From positions 1 through 29,894 of IMG/VR virus record IMGVR_UViG_3300017548_000014: a DNA stretch of 29,894 nt. One strand, given 5' to 3'. The notes below the pieces were generated by a model that saw nothing but the letters and a program-made list of their open reading frames with translations, was not told the origin of the DNA and searched no databases. Positions 8,095 through 15,955 of the stretch are shown here, in pieces; positions within the stretch are counted from its first letter, which is position 1; each line of letters begins with the position of its first letter. Source of the stretch: a virus (Duplodnaviria; Caudoviricetes). A program made the position numbers and the translations under genes.

Positions 8095-8511
8095 CTACAC
8101 GGGTGTCGATGCCTTGGGTGGAGCCGGGGCTGTCTGCTCATATGGAAGCCGGGCGACTTCCTTCGGGTCCTCATCATCAATGGCGAGCTTGAGGATGAAA
8201 TCGCCCCAATGCTGTACCCTCTTCCGAACAGCCGGCAACGCGATCACGGAAGGGATGCTTTCTCGGGAGACCAGAATCTCGCCCGTTGCCTCAGCCGTGT
8301 CGCCGTCCGGGTCTTGGATGATCGCCTTAAATGTGTGTTTCCCTTGAGCAAGATGACGCAGGCGGATCCAGATGCTTAGGCCAAAAGTCGCGGGCACAGA
8401 TTTCGTAGCGACGTTCTGAGGATATACCCCAATCAACATCATCTTCCCGTTAACTTCTTGCCGAATATCATCGCAAAAGATGACATCCAAAATATCGTAG
8501 CCGGCACTCAT
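8095..8511 (-). CDS. Beta-rich third component of TA-like cassette (DUF6941-like)
   Basis: IFCDDIRQEVNGKMMLIGVY motif; TAATG coupling to the HTH gene; lower GC. Confidence 0.75.
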   Translation of the reverse strand: MSAGYDILDVIFCDDIRQEVNGKMMLIGVYPQNVATKSVPATFGLSIWIRLRHLAQGKHTFKAIIQDPDGDTAEATGEILVSRESIPSVIALPAVRKRVQHWGDFILKLAIDDEDPKEVARLPYEQTAPAPPKASTPV

Positions 8512-8924
8512 TAACGCACGACCCCGGCGCTATATGGATTAGTGGAGGGTAAAACTTCGTCGATTTCGAGCGCATTTACTTCGGATTCGTCCGAATGCGA
8601 CCAAGGGGAGGAGGAAAATGTTACAGGTGCCAGATGATTGTTTCTCTCTGGCTTCGTTTTTGGGTCGTAGATTTCGACGTCGATGCAGCATCCCAGCGCC
8701 CAAACCATGTCGGCAATGCTCTCGACGGTCATGTTGGTGTGACCCATCAGGCGACGATGCACGACTGAACGGTCGACGCCCAGCCGTTCGGCAAGGTCGA
8801 CTTGGGTGAGACCGTCCTCATCATGCAGGACCGCATAAGCCTTTCGTAGTTGATGCTCAATCGAGTTCGACAGCGACAGAAAAACCTGACGCCTGAGGCT
8901 CGGCAATTTACGGAAAGAGCTCAT
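8511..8924 (-). CDS. XRE/HigA-like HTH antitoxin with disordered C-terminal tail
   Basis: GLTQVDLAERLGVDRSVVHRRLMGHTNMTVESIADMVWALG. Confidence 0.85.
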   Translation of the reverse strand: MSSFRKLPSLRRQVFLSLSNSIEHQLRKAYAVLHDEDGLTQVDLAERLGVDRSVVHRRLMGHTNMTVESIADMVWALGCCIDVEIYDPKTKPERNNHLAPVTFSSSPWSHSDESEVNALEIDEVLPSTNPYSAGVVR

Positions 8925-9387
8925 AATTATTGCCTCTCATAACGACATCATCGAGCCGATTATCTCGGATGAATTTACGAACTTCCCGCAGCTTGAGTGT
9001 GTTCACCCGGCCATCGCGTTTAGTTTCGATCTCTAACGCTCCCGTAACCGCGACAAAGGCTGCCCCCGGTTTGAGGCAGAACCCATAAATCCGCAGCCCG
9101 GGCGGATGCATTTTCCGCACTCCTTGCCCGGTCGGCTTCATGCGCTTTAGATCACCGGCGCCGGGGCGATCTGCGCACCGATAATCGGAAAACATCATTT
9201 CGAGGTGCTCGGCGTGGCTCCGCCGGCTGGTCCGGAACTCCTCAGCGAGGAAATCGTCAACAAGGTCCGTCCATTCGAGAAAGCTCCTGGTCATGTACAG
9301 GCACCGCTGTGGAGGGCGAGAGTCCCACTCGGGAACTTCGAAAACCTCCACCTCTCGACGTCGCAATAACAGGTCGAGTGTTGCCAT
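8908..9387 (-). CDS. Putative RelE/HigB-like toxin
   Basis: DLKRMKPTGQGVRKMHPPGLRIYGF resembles the RelE-fold LK.L..G+wEl....RifgF; directly upstream of an HTH gene; alternative TTG start at 9399. Confidence 0.65.
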   Translation of the reverse strand: MATLDLLLRRREVEVFEVPEWDSRPPQRCLYMTRSFLEWTDLVDDFLAEEFRTSRRSHAEHLEMMFSDYRCADRPGAGDLKRMKPTGQGVRKMHPPGLRIYGFCLKPGAAFVAVTGALEIETKRDGRVNTLKLREVRKFIRDNRLDDVVMRGNNYELFP

Positions 9388-9398
9388 ATAAGTCAACA
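9379..9398. promoter_or_regulatory. Imperfect palindrome over the toxin start; putative antitoxin operator
   Basis: TGTTGCCATATAAGTCAACA (8 of 10 positions complementary). Confidence 0.55.
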
Positions 9399-9563
9399 AG
9401 AGCCTTCGTAAAGGGTTAAGGAACCGGAAGGGTGCGGCAATTTCGCAATCGTGAAAGGCGCCCGAGCCCGCGCCGAATGATCTGAATCTGGATCCGTCCG
9501 CTTCATCGTTTTCGCCGGCCCGTCACTTCACCACGCCGAACCGCCGCACTACGCGGCCGGTGA

Positions 9564-10343
9564 TCACAGCTTGCATATCCTGCCCACGGCACGCCCGATG
9601 ATCCGGATTTCGTCTGCCTTGTAGACGTCCGAACCCTGTTTCGGATTGTCGGAGTCAACGGCGACCTCGGCGCCCTTCAGCTTGCGGAGGCGCTTCACCA
9701 GCACTTCGCCGTCAGGATCGAGCAGCACGAACACGCCGCCCTGGCCGATGGCCGTATCGGTTGTGTCCACCAGCACCCGGTCGCCGGAGCCCAAGGTTGG
9801 CTCCATGCTGTCACCGCGGACTTTGACGAAGTGCACGCGCTGCGATCCGGCGTGGGTGAAGTCTCGCAGCACATAATCCGGGAACACGAATTCGCCGCGC
9901 ACGGCATGGGCATCATAGACGACGCCACCACCGCCAGGCAGATGAGCGGGGAGCGACAGGCCGCCGGGCCCGGCACCGGCCGACACGTCGACGTCGGGCA
10001 TCGCCCCGGGAACCGAACCCTGATAGGGCGCTTCTGTCGAGACGCCGCCATTGGTGTTGGCCTCGAACACCGGATCGGGGTCGAACTCTTCGCCAGGAGG
10101 CACACGCCTCGGCTCATTGTCCGAAATCTCTTCGGGGCCCTCTTCCCTCAGCAGCCAAACTTCCGTGGTCTTCAGCACGCGGGCAATCTTCGCCAGGCCG
10201 TCGGCGCGTGGCGACACGGACTTCCCGTCGAAAATGTTCGTGATGAAGCGTTCGCTGAGCCCAGCCTCTAACGATGCGCCGCGGGGCGATTTTCCAACTG
10301 CGGCTAGGCGCTTTCGGATTCGGTCGGGGAGGGTCGTTTCCAT
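9564..10343 (-). CDS. cI: CI-like repressor (HTH plus S24 peptidase)
   Basis: N-terminal HTH (SPRGASLEAGLSERFITNI); VRGDSMEP (Ser) and LVKRL (Lys); IIGRAV end; start METTLPDR. Confidence 0.93.
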   Translation of the reverse strand: METTLPDRIRKRLAAVGKSPRGASLEAGLSERFITNIFDGKSVSPRADGLAKIARVLKTTEVWLLREEGPEEISDNEPRRVPPGEEFDPDPVFEANTNGGVSTEAPYQGSVPGAMPDVDVSAGAGPGGLSLPAHLPGGGGVVYDAHAVRGEFVFPDYVLRDFTHAGSQRVHFVKVRGDSMEPTLGSGDRVLVDTTDTAIGQGGVFVLLDPDGEVLVKRLRKLKGAEVAVDSDNPKQGSDVYKADEIRIIGRAVGRICKL

Positions 10344-10440
10344 CGCCGGGGAGTATGCCGACGAATTATCCCCCTCGTGAGTGATACCATTATCATGCTT
10401 TCTGTTGACGGCATGATAAAGATATCGCACTCTCTCGGGC
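10344..10440. promoter_or_regulatory. OR/PR/PRM control region
   Basis: Operators TGATACCATTATCA (10382-10395) and TGATAAAGATATCG (10414-10427); PR TTGACG(10405)-17-CACTCT; CATACT on - strand just upstream of cI. Confidence 0.8.
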
Positions 10441-10692
10441 ATGACGCTCGTTGAAGAAATCATCACCGTCTCCAAGGCCTATGGCACCGCCCGCGGCATC
10501 AGCCTCGGACGCGTCTCCATGCTCGCCTTCGGTGACGGAAACCTCCTGAAGCGCCTCGAAAGCGGTTCGGACCTCACCACGCGGCGCCTGGAAGGCGCGA
10601 TGCGCTGGTTCTCCGCCAATTGGCCCGAGAACGGCGAGTGGCCGGACGACGTGCCGCGCCCCGCGCCTGAGCCGGAAGGGGCGGCGGCGTGA
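10441..10692 (+). CDS. cro: Cro-like regulator
   Basis: Divergent from cI; SLGRVSMLAFGDGNLLKRLESGSDLTTRR...WFSANWP type. Confidence 0.85.
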   Translation: MTLVEEIITVSKAYGTARGISLGRVSMLAFGDGNLLKRLESGSDLTTRRLEGAMRWFSANWPENGEWPDDVPRPAPEPEGAAA

Positions 10693-10991
10693 CACCGCTG
10701 GGGGGCATCGTCTCGGGCATCATGGCCCGGCTCGCCGACAAGCGCCGACATCCGGTGCGCGTCACCATCATCGCCGAGTGCGTGCATGAGGTGATCGGCG
10801 CGGACGACGAGCGGATCATCCATGTGATGCGCCAGCTTCCGCCGCAGCGTGCCGCGCGCGGATCAGCACCGATCGAGCCCGCAGGCGCGCGGCTTCTTCC
10901 CGAAGCATCGGCTCCCGCAGGGACGCGAACTCCGTCTCATCCTCACCATCGGCCAGGCGCTCCAGGCGCCGGGCGAGGCATTCGCCCATGA
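10689..10991 (+). CDS. Possible hypothetical protein coupled to cro (3' half doubtful)
   Basis: GTGA coupling; first ~48 codons are protein-like, the rest is low complexity and overlaps an antisense ORF. Confidence 0.4.
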   Translation: MTPLGGIVSGIMARLADKRRHPVRVTIIAECVHEVIGADDERIIHVMRQLPPQRAARGSAPIEPAGARLLPEASAPAGTRTPSHPHHRPGAPGAGRGIRP

Positions 10992-11109
10992 ACGCGACGC
11001 GCTCCGAGCTCACCACCTTCGCCGCGATCAGCATGTCGAGCAGCGCATCGAACGTCTCGCGGGCGATGACCTCGCGGGTTGCTCCAATCTCTGCCGAGGC
11101 ACGGTCCAT
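10816..11109 (-). CDS. Antisense hypothetical helical protein (97 aa)
   Basis: MDRASAEIGATREVIARETFDALLDML...; high GC3, amphipathic. Confidence 0.5.
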   Translation of the reverse strand: MDRASAEIGATREVIARETFDALLDMLIAAKVVSSERVAFMGECLARRLERLADGEDETEFASLREPMLREEAARLRARSVLIRARHAAAEAGASHG

Positions 11110-11148
11110 CACGGTTTCGCCCACGGCGGCGGCTGGCGGAGGGCGGCG

Positions 11149-11391
11149 ATGAACTCCCTCGTCGTCATGATCCTGATCTCGGCGCCGCTCTTCGTCGCGC
11201 TCGTGATCGCCTTCCTGGCCGGGCGCTTCTTCTCCCGGGCTGCCCGGTCCTTCTTCTCGTCCACGGCTGAATCCTCCCAATTCGAGGCCGCAAACATTGC
11301 GCGGTCGGGGAAGGGGCGCACGGGAATAGTCGATGCGAACGTTCCCGGAACGGGGATGCTGCCGCACTCCAACCTATCGAGGGCATTATGA
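11149..11391 (+). CDS. Small single-pass membrane protein (80 aa)
   Basis: GGAGG RBS; MNSLVVMILISAPLFVALVIAFLAGRFF; ATGA coupling to next gene. Confidence 0.55.
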   Translation: MNSLVVMILISAPLFVALVIAFLAGRFFSRAARSFFSSTAESSQFEAANIARSGKGRTGIVDANVPGTGMLPHSNLSRAL

Positions 11392-11879
11392 GCGGAAGCC
11401 GTCAGCTCCCGGCGAGTGACTATGCGCGCCTGAAAGCCGCGACGCGCGATCTGGTGAAGATGGCCGGCGGTCCCAACCGCGCCTCCACCGTCACGCGCGT
11501 CGTGCCCTCCAAGCTGACCGAATACGGCAGCCCGCACCTGTCCACGCATATGCCGCTCGACGTCATTGCCGACCTCGAGGCGGACGTTGGCGAGCCCGTC
11601 GTGACGTCAGTCCTGGCCGACCTGATGGGCTTCGTGCTGGTGCCGAAGGCCGCCACGAAGCAGCCCGACCAGACCATCGCCGCCAGCATGGGCGAAGTCG
11701 CGAAGGACGTCGGCGACGTGCTCTGCAAGCTCGGCGCCGCGCTGTCCGATGGCAGCGTCACGGTCGAGGAAGCCCTCAAGATCCTGCCCAGCGTCCGCGA
11801 GGCCGAAACCGAGCTCTCCGAACTGGAAGAGGCGCTGGAAGCCAAGAGCAGCGTCGTGCCGCTCGGGAGGGCGTCATGA
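11388..11879 (+). CDS. Phage regulatory CII-like protein
   Basis: LKAATRDLVKMAGG...MPLDVIADLEADVGEPVVT...LSDGSVTVEE; position after cro. Confidence 0.75.
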   Translation: MSGSRQLPASDYARLKAATRDLVKMAGGPNRASTVTRVVPSKLTEYGSPHLSTHMPLDVIADLEADVGEPVVTSVLADLMGFVLVPKAATKQPDQTIAASMGEVAKDVGDVLCKLGAALSDGSVTVEEALKILPSVREAETELSELEEALEAKSSVVPLGRAS

Positions 11880-12481
11880 GCGCTTTCTGGACACCCGAGC
11901 GCATCGACACGCTCAAGCGGATGGCTGCCGACAAGTGCAGCGCCTCCGTCATCGCGCGGGAGATCGGCGCCACCCGCAACCAAGTCATCGGCAAGGCCGG
12001 CCGGCTCAAGGTCGGGCTCAGCCAGAAGAGGGCCATCGTATCCCAGGCCATGCGCGGCGCTCTGGCGTCGTCGGCCAAGGCCGCGGCCAAGCGCGCCAAG
12101 CCCTCGCTCCCCCAAGTTCTGTCCGCCCCTAACTCCCCCGTGTCCGACGCCGGCGCGGGCAACAAGGCTGAGGATCTGCGGGAAACCGTAGCAATGCTCG
12201 GGGCGGCGCCGGAGGAGATCGGGGAGGTTGCCTCCTCTCTCGATCAGCACCCCTCCGGCGACATGACGGGCCAATCCTCGGCGGGCGTCACCCTTTTCGA
12301 CCTGCGGCGGGACTCCTGCCGCTTCCCCGTCTCGGGCGAGGGCATCGGCACGATCTTCTGCGGCGAGAAGGCCGAGGAAGGCCGCTCCTACTGCCCGGTC
12401 TGCTACCCGCGCACGATCACCAAAAGCGCCGGTGGGGACTTCACGTTCAACCGCAAGAACGACGAGCGGGAGGCGGCGTAG
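11876..12481 (+). CDS. gcrA: GcrA-family cell-cycle regulator homologue
   Basis: WTPERIDTLK...SASVIAREIGATRNQVIGKAGRL; TLFDLRRDSCRFPV...FCG...SYCPVC. Confidence 0.88.
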   Translation: MSAFWTPERIDTLKRMAADKCSASVIAREIGATRNQVIGKAGRLKVGLSQKRAIVSQAMRGALASSAKAAAKRAKPSLPQVLSAPNSPVSDAGAGNKAEDLRETVAMLGAAPEEIGEVASSLDQHPSGDMTGQSSAGVTLFDLRRDSCRFPVSGEGIGTIFCGEKAEEGRSYCPVCYPRTITKSAGGDFTFNRKNDEREAA

Positions 12482-12483
12482 CC

Positions 12484-12864
12484 ATGGCGGAATGCAATGA
12501 GCATGGCGTCTACACCGCCGACGAAACGCTTGAATTGCCGCGCATGGTGAAGGGGTGGCGCGGCGTCCAGTTGGCGGAAATCAGGCTGGCCGACATGGGG
12601 ACGCACTGGATATGGGCGACCAGCTTCCAGATGTTCAGCGGCGACTGTTGGGGCTCTTCATCACCTCTGGTGGACCGTGATCCAACGCCTCTCTCGACGT
12701 GTCGAGCGCCGACCCGGGAGGCCGCCATCGAGCTTGCCAGCGCCAAACTTCGCAGATGCCTGTCCGGTCGCGCCGATGAAGGCGACCGCGATGCTCGTGA
12801 GGTCATTGCGTGGCTCGGCACCCTCATTCCCGATCAACTCGATTTATTCGGGGCCGCAGCATGA
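12484..12864 (+). CDS. Hypothetical phage protein (126 aa)
   Basis: Coupled ORF; ends QLDLF (clamp-binding-like motif). Confidence 0.75.
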   Translation: MAECNEHGVYTADETLELPRMVKGWRGVQLAEIRLADMGTHWIWATSFQMFSGDCWGSSSPLVDRDPTPLSTCRAPTREAAIELASAKLRRCLSGRADEGDRDAREVIAWLGTLIPDQLDLFGAAA

Positions 12865-13136
12865 CGACCCGCTGCCCCCATTGCGGCCATGAGATCGCCG
12901 ACAAGGACTTCGCCAAGGTCGGTGGTCTGACAGCAGTGCAGGCCGAGACGCTGGGCTTCATTCGCGCCTTCATTGAAGACAACGGATTCTCCCCGACCGT
13001 GCGCGAGATCAAGGAAGCGATCGGCTCGAACTCGACCAGCCGTGTTTTCGAGATCGTGCACGGCCTGGAAGAGCGCGGAGCCATCCGCCGTCTGCCGTAC
13101 CGCGCCCGCTCCATCCAGCTCGTCGAGGCGGCATGA
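12861..13136 (+). CDS. Stand-alone LexA-type DNA-binding (wHTH) protein
   Basis: LTAVQAETLGFIRAFIEDNGFSPTVREIKEAIGSNSTSRV...LEERGAIRRLPYRARSIQL; no peptidase domain. Confidence 0.85.
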   Translation: MTTRCPHCGHEIADKDFAKVGGLTAVQAETLGFIRAFIEDNGFSPTVREIKEAIGSNSTSRVFEIVHGLEERGAIRRLPYRARSIQLVEAA

Positions 13137-13333
13137 CCGCGATCGAAGCCGCATACGCCAAGCTCGGCACCGCCCGCGCTGCCTATGACAGCAAGCCCCA
13201 TGAAGAGGGGCGGTATGTCCATTTCCTGGAGTGCCAGAACCGGGCTCTGAAGCTGGAAGGCGAGAAGCTGCGCAAGCAGGTGCGGCGGCTTGAGGCGTTC
13301 GCGCGGCGGTCGGGGAGGGCGGCGGCGTGTTAG
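13133..13333 (+). CDS. Hypothetical coiled-coil protein (66 aa)
   Basis: ATGA coupling with GAGG RBS. Confidence 0.65.
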   Translation: MTAIEAAYAKLGTARAAYDSKPHEEGRYVHFLECQNRALKLEGEKLRKQVRRLEAFARRSGRAAAC

Positions 13334-14082
13334 CGCATGTGCTCCTCGTAGATTGCCGCAGCGCTTTTGCTGATGGTGCTGATTTCGCCCTCAAGGGCGA
13401 GCAGCATCTGCCTTCCGAGGACGACTGTGTTGTGTTTGGCGCGTTGGAGGCTCGGCCAGAGCTGTCGTCGCTTTTCCATGCGCTCGTCAATTTCTTGCTG
13501 AGGAAGGGCCCCCTGTGTGGCCGCAAGGATGCCGTCGCTTGCGAACAGGCCATCTGCATCCTCAAGGCAGATAACGAAGCTTTCCAAGGAGGCCAAACTC
13601 TCCCTGCCAGCGTTCTTCTCGCGCGCAAAACGGGTCACCTCGGGCAGCAAGCTATTGGCCCACGCTCTAAAGTTCCGCCGACCGGTGGTGCCCTCTGGCC
13701 ACTGAGGTTCATCTATACGGAAGCGCTCCACCTGATCGAGTTTCCTCGCGATGTCGGAGTGAAACTGGGTCATGGTCGTTCGGGCGCGCAGAAGGCGGTC
13801 TCTGAGGTCCAGAGCACTCTGGCGGCTTTGTATCGCTATCTGTTTCTTGACCGGACCAACCGCATAGAGCGCCGCAAAAAGGGCGATCAGCGCGCCGATC
13901 AGGGTCTGGTACCGGTTCAGCCAGTATTCCCAGCAACCGTTATCCGGATTGCCCGGGCAAGCGGCGCCGGTGTTCAGCGCGTGCACCAGCAACGGCAGGA
14001 CGATCAGAGCGATCGGTACTGCAACAATCGCGACTGCGATCAGAAAAGCCCGGCCGCCTTCGATCCATTCTTCTTTGTCCAT
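13330..14082 (-). CDS. Antisense moron: two-TM membrane protein with helical C-terminal domain (250 aa)
   Basis: FLIAVAIVAVPIALIVLPLLV and YQTLIGALIALFAALYAV hydrophobic segments; lower GC3; opposite to the operon. Confidence 0.8.
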   Translation of the reverse strand: MDKEEWIEGGRAFLIAVAIVAVPIALIVLPLLVHALNTGAACPGNPDNGCWEYWLNRYQTLIGALIALFAALYAVGPVKKQIAIQSRQSALDLRDRLLRARTTMTQFHSDIARKLDQVERFRIDEPQWPEGTTGRRNFRAWANSLLPEVTRFAREKNAGRESLASLESFVICLEDADGLFASDGILAATQGALPQQEIDERMEKRRQLWPSLQRAKHNTVVLGRQMLLALEGEISTISKSAAAIYEEHMR

Positions 14083-14164
14083 GAGCGGACCATGCCTCGC
14101 GCCGACGTCACGGTCGATGGCTGGCGACGCTCGTCCACATCCGAGGCAGCCTGAGGAGATCACC

Positions 14165-14722
14165 ATGCCGGACATCGGCCACAACAGCGACCTCACCGAA
14201 GACCAGCGCAAGGCCCTGTTCTTCCACCATCTCGGCACCATCGCATCGAAGAAGGAGAAGGCCGCCAGCGCCAGCGGTGAACTGCGTGCCGCGTACAAGG
14301 CAGCCAAAGCGGACTCCTTCACCAAGAAGGACATCGACTTCGCCCTCTCGCTGGAGAAGGACGAAGACGAGAAGATGGTCGAGCAGCGCAAGCGCGAGAT
14401 CGAAATCGCGGCGTGGTGCGGCCATCCAATCGGCACCCAGGCCGATCTCTTCGATGGCGTGGACCGGACGCCGATCGTCGAGCGCGCCGCGGCCGAGGGC
14501 CGGAAGGCCGGTGCCGAGGGCCAGAGCAGCAGCGCCAATCCCTATGACGGGGAAGCGGGGCAGGTCTGGATGCGTGAATGGCACGCGGGCCAGAAGGACT
14601 TGCACGATGCCTTCCTCGCGCTGAACCGCAACAAGGATGCTCTGGTGAAGACCGAGCGGCCGCGCGGCGCTGGCGACGATTTCGACGACCTTGAAGGCGT
14701 CGACGCCGAAGGGACGGCCTGA
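14165..14722 (+). CDS. GapR/DUF2312-like DNA-binding protein with RMF-like C-terminal motif
   Basis: IGHNS; ELRAAYKAAKADSFTKKDI; AAAEGRKAGAEG...NPY...WMREW; GAGGAG RBS. Confidence 0.6.
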   Translation: MPDIGHNSDLTEDQRKALFFHHLGTIASKKEKAASASGELRAAYKAAKADSFTKKDIDFALSLEKDEDEKMVEQRKREIEIAAWCGHPIGTQADLFDGVDRTPIVERAAAEGRKAGAEGQSSSANPYDGEAGQVWMREWHAGQKDLHDAFLALNRNKDALVKTERPRGAGDDFDDLEGVDAEGTA

Positions 14723-14723
14723 G

Positions 14724-15362
14724 ATGGCTCCGCAGCGCGTCGACATTACAGGGCAGCGGTTCGGAAAGCTTCGCGCCGTTCGGTTTCATCACCGCACGTC
14801 GGATCGTCGGAGCATGTGGCTTTGCGTCTGCGACTGCGGCAACGAATCCGTCGTCGCCCTTGGAAATCTCCGATCAGGAACGACGCAAAGCTGCGGGTGT
14901 GGGGTGCGAGCCGCCCACACGACGCACGGACATTCTCCGAAAGGAGCCATGTCGCCCGAGTACAGCACTTGGCACGCGATGAAGCGCCGGTGTTTTTCTC
15001 CCCAAGTGGCGAATTATGCCTACTACGGCGGGCGCGGCATCGGCGTATGCGAACGCTGGAAAGAGAGCTTCGGGGCCTTCCTCGCAGACATGGGACCGAG
15101 GCCGTCACCGGACCATACCCTCGATCGCATCGACCCCGATGCCGACTATTGCCCGGAGAACTGCCGATGGGCCACGCGGAGCGAGCAGCAAAGGAACAAG
15201 CGGAACAATCGGCTTGTGACCCTCGATGGGGAAAGCATCACGCTCGCAGAAGCATGTGAACGGCTGAATCTGCCTTACAAGACGATCCAGCACCGCCTCC
15301 AGCTAGGCTGGTCAGAGCACCGCGCCCTGCATGAACCTCTGCGCCGCCGGAGGGCAGCGTGA
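14724..15362 (+). CDS. HNH homing endonuclease (GQRFGKL/CDCG type)
   Basis: WLCVCDCG, SCGC, YGGRGIGVCERW, TLDRIDPDADYCPENCRWATRSEQQRN. Confidence 0.92.
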   Translation: MAPQRVDITGQRFGKLRAVRFHHRTSDRRSMWLCVCDCGNESVVALGNLRSGTTQSCGCGVRAAHTTHGHSPKGAMSPEYSTWHAMKRRCFSPQVANYAYYGGRGIGVCERWKESFGAFLADMGPRPSPDHTLDRIDPDADYCPENCRWATRSEQQRNKRNNRLVTLDGESITLAEACERLNLPYKTIQHRLQLGWSEHRALHEPLRRRRAA

Positions 15363-15955
15363 AAATCGCCGGATTAGACCAAGCAACCGTCTCCGGCCTC
15401 GCCATCCTCGACGGCGACAAGCTGCTGCATGCCGAAGCCTTCAAGGCCAAAGGGAACGGCGACGCCGAGATATTCACCGCGTTCCGCCGCTGGCTCCGCG
15501 CCATGCTGATCGCACACGAGGTCGAGTATCTGGCGCTCGAAGAACCGCTGCCGACCAACCTTGAGCGCACCGAGATCGTCTTTTCCGACAACGACGCCTT
15601 CGGGAAATCCACCCGCAAGATCAAGCGCCCCATGTCCAGTATGGTCACCTATCTGCGGCTCTACGGGCTGCGGGGCCATGCCATCCAGGTCTGCGACGAG
15701 CTCGGGATTCCGTGGCTGGAAGTGAACAACCGCGACTGGCGCGCCGTGATCCACGACCGCCGCTCGGCGCCGAAGGGCACGAAGGACAGCACCCAATGGT
15801 GGAAGAACGCCGCCTTGGAACGCTGCCGCCTCATGGGCTGGGACATCAAATCGAAGGACGCAGCAGAAAGCGCACTCATCGCCGAATGGCTGAGGATCAA
15901 GCTCAACCCGCGGCTTTCCCCGGCCGAGGGGCTGTTTGCGGGGGCGCGGGGCTGA
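15359..15955 (+). CDS. RuvC-like Holliday junction resolvase
   Basis: IAGLDQATVSGLA, LALEEP, KDAAESALIA. Confidence 0.8.
   Translation: MKIAGLDQATVSGLAILDGDKLLHAEAFKAKGNGDAEIFTAFRRWLRAMLIAHEVEYLALEEPLPTNLERTEIVFSDNDAFGKSTRKIKRPMSSMVTYLRLYGLRGHAIQVCDELGIPWLEVNNRDWRAVIHDRRSAPKGTKDSTQWWKNAALERCRLMGWDIKSKDAAESALIAEWLRIKLNPRLSPAEGLFAGARG

Noticed and set aside
9405-9425. Possible CtrA box (TTAACC) upstream of the toxin gene
   Set aside because: Only a half site; no TTAA-N7-TTAA
10344-10475. N-terminal extension of cI (303-aa ORF)
   Set aside because: Runs through the operators and the cro start; the HTH begins at Met 10343
13327-14154. 275-aa + strand ORF spanning the moron
   Set aside because: Antisense shadow of the membrane-protein gene with no recognisable features
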